Assembly: GCA_965223295.1 (NCBI GenBank)
Contig: CBDCWC010000002.1
Coordinates: 928,001 to 992,000 of the forward strand
Direction: 5' to 3'
Length of the DNA stretch: 64,000 bases
DNA from: Nitrospirales bacterium
GTDB lineage: Bacteria; Nitrospirota; Nitrospiria; Nitrospirales; UBA8639
The position numbers and the translations under genes were made by a program. Under the pieces are notes generated by a model. The model saw only the letters and a list, made by a program, of their open reading frames with translations. It was not told where the DNA came from and made no database searches. Shown here one piece after another: positions 55,995 through 64,000 of the stretch (position 1 is its first letter; each line of letters starts with the position of its first letter).

Positions 55995-56449
55995 TCAGGG
56001 TTTCTTTGCTGACGAATCAGCGTGAGCTTTTTGTTGTTTCTGCTGATACAACGCTTCGAAATTTACTGGATTAAGTATCACAGTTGGGAATCCGGCCCGT
56101 GTCACTGCAGACGAAACCGTCTCACGTAAATAAGGAAAGAGAATATTCGGGCAACCAATCCCCAACACAGGATTGACCTCTTCTTGAGAAATATGCTGAA
56201 TACGAAAAATACCAGCTTGTACAACCTCGACGAGAAACATCACTTTATCCTTGACCTTCGCCGTCACCGTTACCGTGATAGAAGTATCATACAAACCTTC
56301 ATCAACACGTTGGTTTTGGTATTCAGCTCTACATGAACGTCTGGTGCCGCACGTTCAAGAAAAATACCTGGTGCATTGGGGACTTCTATGGACAAATCCT
56401 TCACATAGATTTTTTCGACGGCAAAAACCGGCTTCTGTTCTTCACTCAT
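55995..56449 (-). pseudogene. secB: Protein-export chaperone SecB with a 1-bp frameshift
   Basis: MSEEQKPVFAVEKIYVKDLSIEVPNAPGIF from ATG 56449 switches frame at an A4 run (56314-56317) into ..QAGIF..CPNILFPYLRE..RAGFP..PVNFEALY. Confidence 0.85.
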
Positions 56450-56697
56450 ATTGCATCCTACGTTTCATGAAAAAAGTAATAACTTCAAGCCCAATGAGCC
56501 TAAACAACATCTTCACACGTCCATACGGAAAGGAGTGGCAATATCGTCAACCAAATCACCCTTATTGACAAGCTGCTTTATCTTACCATCATTCATTGCG
56601 CATATCCTGTTTCCACAATTGCTTCTCATCCCCCACTCGGGCACAATCCGTTCTATATTTTCTTTTCATCATCTCTTATGAACGAAAGGCTACCCTC

Positions 56698-57240
56698 ATG
56701 TCTCCTTTTGTTGAACGAATGACACGAGCGGCCAAGCTAGACACACAGCTCTACGAGGAAGTTGAAGCGGACAAGAATACCATGGGACAGGCTATGGGCG
56801 TAGTGGCCTTATCCAGCCTAGCTGGGGGAATTGGGTTTATGCAGAATGCCGGGTTGACCGGGCTTTTCATCGGAACAGTTGGAGCTCTGATTGGGTGGTA
56901 CGTCTGGGCCTTTTTGACCTATATGATTGGTACAAAACTACTTCCAGAACCTCAAACGCAGGCGGATTTAGGGGAACTCCTGCGAACGATAGGCTTTTCA
57001 AGCGCACCAGGAGTGCTACGAATTTTTGGGATTATCCCTGGATTAGGCATGCTGGTAAATCTTCTGACGAGTGTCTGGATGCTCATTGCCATGGTGATTG
57101 CAGTGCGTCAAGCGTTGGATTATCATAGCACGTACCGCGCCATTGGAGTCTGTATCATTGGATGGGTGATACAAGCTGCGCTGTTTGCCGTGATTTTGAG
57201 TATCACGGGTGGAGCCCCCCAGCCCATGCTCGAAAATTAA
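56698..57240 (+). CDS. YIP1-family membrane protein
   Basis: YEEVEAD, LRTIGFSSAP and AVRQALDY motifs; about 5 TM segments. Confidence 0.8.
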   Translation: MSPFVERMTRAAKLDTQLYEEVEADKNTMGQAMGVVALSSLAGGIGFMQNAGLTGLFIGTVGALIGWYVWAFLTYMIGTKLLPEPQTQADLGELLRTIGFSSAPGVLRIFGIIPGLGMLVNLLTSVWMLIAMVIAVRQALDYHSTYRAIGVCIIGWVIQAALFAVILSITGGAPQPMLEN

Positions 57241-57273
57241 CTAACGGCCGACACGAAAAAAGAGGGACACAAG

Positions 57274-58245
57274 ATGAACGCACGATTTTCTTATCTCTCG
57301 TGGCGACAGCTAGGAGCCGCAATTGCGAGTATGGCGTTAGGGTTCGGATGTGCCTCGACTCCATCGACCAGCCCACTGGCTCCCCCCCGAACAACGCACT
57401 TACCTGAGCACGGCATCTCCGCTCATCGGGGAGGCCTCATGGGATGCCCAGCCAATACCATTGGGGCCTTTCAACGTGCCATTTGTCGAGGTGTCCATCA
57501 AATTGAGCTTGATGTCCGGACCACCACGGATAACGTCGTCGTGGTTGCACATGATAGTCACATGACAGGCAAAAACCACACACTTTCTATTTCCAGATCA
57601 ACCCTTAATGAAATTAAAGGGCTTGAACTTGGCTCCTGTTCAGGGGAGCAACACGTTCAACACATCCCAACGTTAGAAGAGGCACTCGACATCATGCCAA
57701 AAAACATATGGATTAATGTGGATATGAAAGAGAATGATCCCCGCACCGCCAAGCTTGTTGCCAATGTCGTCGCCAAAAGTAATCGCTTTGACCAAGTCAT
57801 CTTTGCCGCACGAGATAAGGCCGTGCCTTCCGTACGTCACATTGCACAGGAAACGGGACAACAAAGCTGGATCGCGAATATGAATCGCAAACTGTTTCGA
57901 AGCCAATATATTGATGCCACAATTGAATCCGGTGCGGAGTTTATCCAATTAATTGAGTTACCCTATCTTCCTTTTTTGCGAGGAACACCAAGCCAAGAGA
58001 CCGTGGATCGCTTGAGAAACGCCGGGGTGCGAGTGAATTATTCCTGGCTCAGGGAGCAAAACGAAATAGAGCTTAAACAAAAGCTCGACGACTTATTTGA
58101 TCGCAAGGTGAATTTTGTTCTTGTCGACCATGTGGACCCAGCCATGAAAGCGGCTGTCACCTTGGGAATCTCTCCTCTCATTCCAGACTGGGATCTCACA
58201 TCTCCTTCAACCAGTGACTTCCCGTTTCAGTGTCCCGCTTCATGA
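57274..58245 (+). CDS. Glycerophosphodiester phosphodiesterase-family lipoprotein
   Basis: GFGC lipobox, AHRG, NT, ELDV, HD and PTLEE motifs. Confidence 0.85.
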   Translation: MNARFSYLSWRQLGAAIASMALGFGCASTPSTSPLAPPRTTHLPEHGISAHRGGLMGCPANTIGAFQRAICRGVHQIELDVRTTTDNVVVVAHDSHMTGKNHTLSISRSTLNEIKGLELGSCSGEQHVQHIPTLEEALDIMPKNIWINVDMKENDPRTAKLVANVVAKSNRFDQVIFAARDKAVPSVRHIAQETGQQSWIANMNRKLFRSQYIDATIESGAEFIQLIELPYLPFLRGTPSQETVDRLRNAGVRVNYSWLREQNEIELKQKLDDLFDRKVNFVLVDHVDPAMKAAVTLGISPLIPDWDLTSPSTSDFPFQCPAS

Positions 58246-58387
58246 GTGTTTCAATAAACCTCCTGTGAAAAATCACGCGAGTGTCTCCCTAAAAAGGAGG
58301 CACTATGCTATAGTCATTCCGAAATTTCACAATCCAAACGACAAAAATATTAAGCCTTCACCTCTTTAACCCATTGGATGTTTTTCT

Positions 58388-59233
58388 ATGAATGATATCT
58401 CGCCAGTCGCCATTGAAGAATTTATGCAGCAAGAGCTGGAAGTAGTCAGCGAAAAGACCACCACCGTAGAAGCCGCGGTCCATATGGCGGACAAACGTAT
58501 CGGCTGTTTAGTTGTTCAGGGAGAAGGGTCTGATGACGATCACCAACCCATCTTGGGGCTGGTCTCTGAAACAGACTTAGTCCGCAAAGTTATGGCCACC
58601 AATCTGTCGAGCTCAACAACCACAGTCTCGCAAGTAATGTTGACTCCCTTGCACACCATTGCCAGCCATCGCCCCATGGTTGACGCCAGCCACGTCATGG
58701 AGCAACAGGGCGTCCGACATCTCTGCGTTGCCAAAGATGAAGAAATCGTGGGCCTTATTTCTATCCGAGACCTCGTCCGGTATTTTGTCTATGCGGAATC
58801 TGGCCCTATCCGGGAATTGGACAATGTGTATCGTCCACTCAGCATCCTCATGCAAAAGTCCATTGAAACGATTGATAGTGAGGTCCCCGTTCAACAAGCA
58901 GCTCAACGGATGGGCGAGAAAAAAATTGGGGCCCTGTTGGTCGAACAGGATGGAGCATTCAAAGGCATTGTGACCGAACGCGACTTAGTGACCAAAGTCT
59001 TAAGTCAAGAAGAGGATGCAAACACACTCAGTGTCAAAGCCGTGATGAATCACCCCCTTATCGACATCGACATTAATCGAACCATCCATGATGCCAGTGA
59101 CCTTATGGCTGAAAAATGGATTCGGCATCTACCCGTCACGGAAAATCATCAGATCGTAGGCATTCTTTCCGTACGCGACCTGATTCGTATGATCGCCCTC
59201 CGCGACCGCCCCCGCTTCCTCAAACAACAATAA
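58388..59233 (+). CDS. CBS-domain protein (two CBS pairs)
   Basis: Duplicated IG.L.V..G.VSETDL/VTERDL..RHL.V..VGI.S.RDL units. Confidence 0.9.
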   Translation: MNDISPVAIEEFMQQELEVVSEKTTTVEAAVHMADKRIGCLVVQGEGSDDDHQPILGLVSETDLVRKVMATNLSSSTTTVSQVMLTPLHTIASHRPMVDASHVMEQQGVRHLCVAKDEEIVGLISIRDLVRYFVYAESGPIRELDNVYRPLSILMQKSIETIDSEVPVQQAAQRMGEKKIGALLVEQDGAFKGIVTERDLVTKVLSQEEDANTLSVKAVMNHPLIDIDINRTIHDASDLMAEKWIRHLPVTENHQIVGILSVRDLIRMIALRDRPRFLKQQ

Positions 59234-59301
59234 AGTTTGATCAAATTGAAAAAGAAATGACGAACCGATCCTCATTCTCGATGGCATATGAAGGCGAGGA
59301 C

Positions 59302-60147
59302 TTAGCCTGTATTAGGTGTTTCAAGGCTCATGCGACCTAAAGTGCCATTGCGGAATTCGGTGAGTAAAATTTTTGCCGCTTTTTCTCTATCAATCTCCCC
59401 GCCTTTACCCTTCCGCAGACATCCCCGTTTTCTGCCTATCACGTCAAAGACACCGTTGCTATCTAGTTCGCCGACTTCACACTGGTAACGTTTCGTAAGA
59501 AGAATGGGATAACGCTCAAGAAGAATTGAGGCCAGAAATTCAGCAATCTCTTCATCTACGACCGCATTCGCACCAATCGCATGGATCGCGGCTAACTTAT
59601 AACCGACAACCGGATCTTCTATTTTGGGCCATAGCAGGCCTGGGGAGTCAATGAGCGTCATACGATCATTCAACGTATGGCGCTGCTGTTTTCTGGTAAC
59701 AGCAGGCTCATTGCCCTCCTTAGCAATACGGCGCTTGAGGAGCTGGTTTATGAAAGTCGATTTACCGACGTTGGGTATGCCCATAATAAGCATACGGAGG
59801 GGCTTATGACTGCTGTTGCGATGTGGAGCTAAAAGCTGACACAGGTAGGGAACTTTCGCAGCCTGCACAGATTTATTGCAGGACAGGGCTACCGCATTCA
59901 CATTTTCTTTTTGATTATAGAGGCGAAGCCAATCTTTGGTGACGACAGGGTCTGCCAAATCAGCTTTATTGAGCACTTTCAAACAAGGCCGCTTATGCTG
60001 AAGCCTGAGTTCCGTAATCATTGGATTACTACTGACTTCTGGCGCACGCGCATCTAACAGTTCAATGACCACATCAATGGCTTCCATTCTCTTTGCCGCT
60101 TCTCTGCGCGCAGTATTCATGTGACCTGGAAACCATTGTATAGCCAT
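59302..60147 (-). CDS. ylqF: Ribosome biogenesis GTPase YlqF/RbgA
   Basis: IQWFPGHM, DAR, NKAD, GIPNVGKS and DSPG motifs (circularly permuted GTPase). Confidence 0.93.
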   Translation of the reverse strand: MAIQWFPGHMNTARREAAKRMEAIDVVIELLDARAPEVSSNPMITELRLQHKRPCLKVLNKADLADPVVTKDWLRLYNQKENVNAVALSCNKSVQAAKVPYLCQLLAPHRNSSHKPLRMLIMGIPNVGKSTFINQLLKRRIAKEGNEPAVTRKQQRHTLNDRMTLIDSPGLLWPKIEDPVVGYKLAAIHAIGANAVVDEEIAEFLASILLERYPILLTKRYQCEVGELDSNGVFDVIGRKRGCLRKGKGGEIDREKAAKILLTEFRNGTLGRMSLETPNTG

Positions 60148-60209
60148 AAAACTGTTACGCTATCTGAACGCTTTCAATTGCATCTCCAACACTGCCACAT
60201 AGCAGTAGG

Positions 60210-61397
60210 TTACTGCTCCTCCAGACTTTGACCAAAAAGAATGTGGCTATAGCCGATAGCAAATAGTAGATAGGCGCCGCCCCAACATCCTGCAGCCAAA
60301 AGTAGGCCAGGACCATCAAAGAGATTAAAGCTTGCTCCGAAGACTCTCAAGATCGCTCCAAGATTCACCAAAAGGAAAATGATGACCGTCAGAACGCCAG
60401 CATGCTTGATGCGTCTGGTATGACCGAGACTGGCACGAGTCATGACCGCTAAGGTCATCACCCCCACAGCTCCCGTCGTAAGGGCATGGATGGCATCTTC
60501 CATATGCACGCCGATCCCAAGCATTGCTCCACCAATAATCAGAAAGGACATGGCCAACCAACTATACCCCACATGCAGAATCAACACTAATGGCTCACGC
60601 CAGGTATGCCAGCCATACCAGCGGCTCAACCGAATGACATGCAAGACTCCCGCGAGAACAAAGGCGATACCTGTCACTATTGCAGGACCCTGAATCATCC
60701 AGAGAAGTCCAGCCACCGCAACAAGCAAGATCGAAAACCCATCAAAGCGAGAAAATGACGACGGCCGGTTCGTCAATCCTACCTCTTCCAGATAATCTTC
60801 GGTAAAACCTGGAGTGACTTTTCCACCAATCAGCGCCAAAAATATCATGATCAATGTCAGGCCCAATCGTTCAGCCAAAGCTGTTTCAGCACGATTGAGA
60901 AACAGCCCATGAAAAAGTATGTTGGCGCTCGAATAGAGACTGATCAGTATGCCCATCGGCAACCGATCCCATGCTTGGGCTGACAAAATTTCTCGCCACA
61001 CGATACCCGCAACAACAACAAGAAAAGTCCCATCAACCAGAGCCAGGGCGAGCAGGGGAAACCCCGAAAAGGCAATAGAGAGCCGTCCAATTAACCAAAG
61101 TGCCCATAAGATAATGAGCGGCCATCCTCTCATAGGAGGTCGCTCGGTCCAGTTGGGAATAGCCGTCAGGAAAAAACCCGTCATCACGCACGGCAAAAAA
61201 CCAAAGATCATTTCATGCACATGCCACGCTCGGGACAAGTAACGTAATGGAAGGCCCTCTAAATCTGAGACAAACAAGGCCCAGGCAGGAGTTGCAATTC
61301 CCGCAAAAAGCGCAGCACTGAAGAAGAAGGGGCGAAACCCGTACGACCAGAACGCAAAACCATGGGAGGAAGATTGTGGACTGAGGGAATCAGACAT
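60210..61397 (-). CDS. nnrS: NnrS family membrane protein
   Basis: GFRPFF, WHVHEMIFGF, GFFLTAIPNWT, LHVGY, HALT and TRASLGHT motifs. Confidence 0.92.
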   Translation of the reverse strand: MSDSLSPQSSSHGFAFWSYGFRPFFFSAALFAGIATPAWALFVSDLEGLPLRYLSRAWHVHEMIFGFLPCVMTGFFLTAIPNWTERPPMRGWPLIILWALWLIGRLSIAFSGFPLLALALVDGTFLVVVAGIVWREILSAQAWDRLPMGILISLYSSANILFHGLFLNRAETALAERLGLTLIMIFLALIGGKVTPGFTEDYLEEVGLTNRPSSFSRFDGFSILLVAVAGLLWMIQGPAIVTGIAFVLAGVLHVIRLSRWYGWHTWREPLVLILHVGYSWLAMSFLIIGGAMLGIGVHMEDAIHALTTGAVGVMTLAVMTRASLGHTRRIKHAGVLTVIIFLLVNLGAILRVFGASFNLFDGPGLLLAAGCWGGAYLLFAIGYSHILFGQSLEEQ

Positions 61398-61457
61398 AAT
61401 GGACTGGTAAGTTGGTGACTGTGCAGAAAATGGACTTGGATGCGAAACTGATCCAGC

Positions 61458-63068
61458 TTACAAGGGATAAGCTTTATTCACCCATTTCATCACTTTGTGA
61501 AGTTCGGGCTCTGTCATGGCCACCCGCGATTTCTTAAACTGCGAATAGACGGCTTTGTTTACGGTCCCATGAGGCAGTTTACGGGATTGCTCATGAGTCC
61601 GGACATGCCGTTCAATTTGTTTCCGCAAACGATCCACCCTTTCCTTTGGCGTTTCCTGATGAAGTTCAGATTGGACCGATGGAGCCAAGTTTGCCCACAA
61701 TGCTTGGTTGCTCATTCCAAGCACCCCGGAATGCAGCGGTTGGATGCTGGATTCTTCGCGTTGGATCAAGGGCAACACACGCTGCCCGTTTAGAGAGTCC
61801 TCCTCTCCTGGCGGCAGAAAAGATGAAGCGGCATCCGCTATCGCCGTCTGACGTTGTGCCAAAATATACTCCAGACATTCCCGAAACGGGCGATCATCAG
61901 GCGCATAAATATAGGCACGCTGATCGGCATAGGGTCCCGCGAGCGGGTCCATACGCGTTGCGCGATGGACGACCTGCTCAAACCAAGGCTTTGTCCGAAT
62001 ATGCGTCAGACAAATGAGATGCGTAATAGCTGGAACATCTAATCCTTCATACGCCATGGCCACCGTGATGAGGCAGTCTACCGAGCTACGGCCCTGACGC
62101 TTAAAGGCTTTAATCGCATGATGGGCTCCCGTCGTATCTTCACTCGTCGCAATATTAGCCGGGACCCTGCGTTCTTGGAGCCAAGCCGTATACTTTTGCG
62201 CTTGCTCAATATTTGCGGCCACAACCAATAATTTCGAACGAGGATGAGTGACGCGATACACCTGCCAATCCTTCACCCCTGTATGTAACAACTCCAACGC
62301 CGCTTCTGTTTTAAGAGCCGTTAGGAGGGCCGCCGCTGACTGTTTCCCCGCATGGGCTAGGCTTTCCACATGATGTTCAACTCCTTCCGTATCCAACCAG
62401 GTCGCTTGACAATTGGCATAATGAACAGTCAGATCGATACATGCCTGTTCACGTAGAGCTTCTGCCAACGAATACCGAATGACAGCTCTCGGCTCTATTG
62501 AATCCCAATCAACGCTGGCTCCCTGCTTCGTCGAAACATACCGCAAAAATGCTATGGGAGATCCATCACCTCGCTCAAACGTCCCGCTCATGAGCACCCG
62601 GAGGACAGCATGTTCATACAACGGCTGAATGGCCGTGTGCCAGAGTCCTCCTTCTTCGAGATGATGAGGTTCATCCAAAATAAGCAGATACCGTTTCCGA
62701 CGAAATTCTTTGGCGTTGATCTTTCGAGTATCGGCTGCGATGGCTTGATAAGTCGTAACGTAGGCGGCACAGCCTTTGGTTGGATTCGCTTGATTGGTCG
62801 TCATCATGGCCTCTAAGCGATGACCTAAGGCTGTTCGATGACTCGGGCTCTGGAAGCCACGTGCTCCCTGATCCTGCAACACACTGCGTGGAACAATCCA
62901 GCACAGCGCATCGGCTACTGCAGGAATCAAGCGTGCAGCTAAAATCTGTGGCAACAGACTCTTTCCGCCACCAGGAGTTACAGCACAAATGATATCTGTG
63001 AGCTGTCGTCCGTCTAGAATGTCTTGGCAGATGTGTTCTAATTCTCGCTGATGCCGGCGAAGCTTCAT
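61458..63068 (-). CDS. Superfamily II (ResIII-type DExH) helicase
   Basis: LRRHQ, TPGGGKS, TYQ, DEPHH, SGT, EGLDVP and EQVVHRATR motifs; start at ATG 63068. Confidence 0.85.
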   Translation of the reverse strand: MKLRRHQRELEHICQDILDGRQLTDIICAVTPGGGKSLLPQILAARLIPAVADALCWIVPRSVLQDQGARGFQSPSHRTALGHRLEAMMTTNQANPTKGCAAYVTTYQAIAADTRKINAKEFRRKRYLLILDEPHHLEEGGLWHTAIQPLYEHAVLRVLMSGTFERGDGSPIAFLRYVSTKQGASVDWDSIEPRAVIRYSLAEALREQACIDLTVHYANCQATWLDTEGVEHHVESLAHAGKQSAAALLTALKTEAALELLHTGVKDWQVYRVTHPRSKLLVVAANIEQAQKYTAWLQERRVPANIATSEDTTGAHHAIKAFKRQGRSSVDCLITVAMAYEGLDVPAITHLICLTHIRTKPWFEQVVHRATRMDPLAGPYADQRAYIYAPDDRPFRECLEYILAQRQTAIADAASSFLPPGEEDSLNGQRVLPLIQREESSIQPLHSGVLGMSNQALWANLAPSVQSELHQETPKERVDRLRKQIERHVRTHEQSRKLPHGTVNKAVYSQFKKSRVAMTEPELHKVMKWVNKAYPL

Positions 63069-63069
63069 C

Positions 63070-63294
63070 CTACCCTTTAGCGAGTTGAATCGGCGGGTAC
63101 GGATGTTCAGGGTCGCGTCGGACCTTGCCTTTCTGGGTTGGTGATTGACTAATCTGTGCACGGTTGCGAGCACTCACAGGATCTTCAATATGTCCACATT
63201 GCAGGCAACGATCCATGAGAACGACTTGGCTACTGCCTTCTCGATCATATACTGACTCTTTCACGATGAGTCCGCCACATCTCGCACATCCCAT
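63070..63294 (-). CDS. Small zinc-ribbon protein
   Basis: CARCGG..RCLQCG..DPV; AAGGAA RBS; stop codon lies 1 nt before the helicase ATG. Confidence 0.7.
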   Translation of the reverse strand: MGCARCGGLIVKESVYDREGSSQVVLMDRCLQCGHIEDPVSARNRAQISQSPTQKGKVRRDPEHPYPPIQLAKG

Positions 63295-63943
63295 GCTGCG
63301 TTCCTTTCTTGGTGGAATCAAAAAGGTCTTCACATTGTCGACTGAACCTTGAGGTCATCCTTGACCCTGTCCAGGATATAGAGATACCCAAAATGAGGGT
63401 AATTTGGCAATCACATTAGCAACCTATTTTTACCTAGAAGATAAGCCCTTCGATTCTATTCTTTACTAGACGGCTCTTTTCTCCACTCTCTACCGAAAAT
63501 AATTGCAGAACGATCACTCATATTGTAGAGTCCCCCTCCTTTTCAGATCAGCTTAAGCCATGCGCATCGTTAAGAAAACGCCCTCCTCTGGCCTTCACCT
63601 GAGCCTTTTGATATCCAAACCCTTTATTCAAAACATACACTTGCCTATTTATTAGGCAGACAATAAGGTCGCACATACTTCCTCGGAGTACAAGAAAAGA
63701 ACAACGCCCAAAGCCAAACGAGGAAAAAACGGTTACAGGCATAGAGAAGATGGATGCGTCAAGATAAGGTTTATAACTTGCAGCCAATGCACCCGTCATT
63801 ATTGCAGCAAGCATAGTGACCCTAAAATGGATGAATGCACGGCTTGCCTAGAAGGTGATGAGGTGTAGAAACTTAGCTTTCATCTCTCTGACAATGTTCG
63901 ATGAAGCCTAAGACTGGAGCCCTAGGAATTAGGGAAGCCATGC

Positions 63944-64000
63944 ATTCCCGCGAAGGCGGGAATCCAGGTTGACGGCAAGAGAGGACTGAATGCCCGCTTT
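63944..64000. repeat. REP-like palindrome pair, cut by the window end
   Basis: ATTCCCGCGAAGGCGGGAATCCAG followed by the start of an inverted copy CTGAATGCCCGC. Confidence 0.7.

Noticed and set aside
58282-58313. Mini-ORF (AGGAGG..ATG CTA TAG) before the CBS gene
   Set aside because: AGGAGG is one arm of a GTGTCTCC/GGAGGCAC hairpin and TGCTATAGT fits an extended -10 box; there is no support for translation.
63405-63421. Sigma-54 promoter TGGCAATCACATTAGC
   Set aside because: GG to GC spacing is 11 rather than 10, and it points away from the adjacent operon.
63548-63814. 88-aa minus-strand ORF
   Set aside because: No recognisable motif or clear RBS; cannot be supported.

Overview
Chromosomal window of a bacterium that is most likely Nitrospirota (Nitrospira-like); this is inferred from the UBact-proteasome operon, the FN3/NHL protein and the small CxxC proteins. 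No rRNA, tRNA, CRISPR array, prophage or intact transposase was seen. Main contents: (1) an 8-gene sulfur-relay operon (3050-8161) with two ubiquitin-fold sulfur carriers whose GG ends are masked, two E1/MoeB paralogs, CysK-like and ThrC-like PLP enzymes, a stand-alone NIL protein and a JAB peptidase, probably parallel carrier-dependent routes to cysteine and homocysteine; (2) housekeeping genes (cobB, recN, trxA, lptFG, csp, guaBA, rluB-like, aspS); (3) a complete arc-dop-ubact-prcB-prcA-pafA locus next to an orphan ClpX and periplasmic M48/M16 peptidases; (4) an SmbP-like lipoprotein with a divergent Cys-motif regulator and a MacAB-type exporter; (5) a mixed right-hand region with a frameshifted secB, rsmJ, ylqF, nnrS and a zinc-ribbon plus SF2 helicase pair. 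Non-coding highlights are a ~190-bp MITE family in four copies with terminal inverted repeats, ~5-bp target duplications and nested REP-like insertions (one copy supplies the recN stop codon), and structured 5' leaders in front of three RNA-chaperone genes (csp, RRM, DEAD-box helicase). All calls come from motif recognition by eye; no database searches or folding programs were run.
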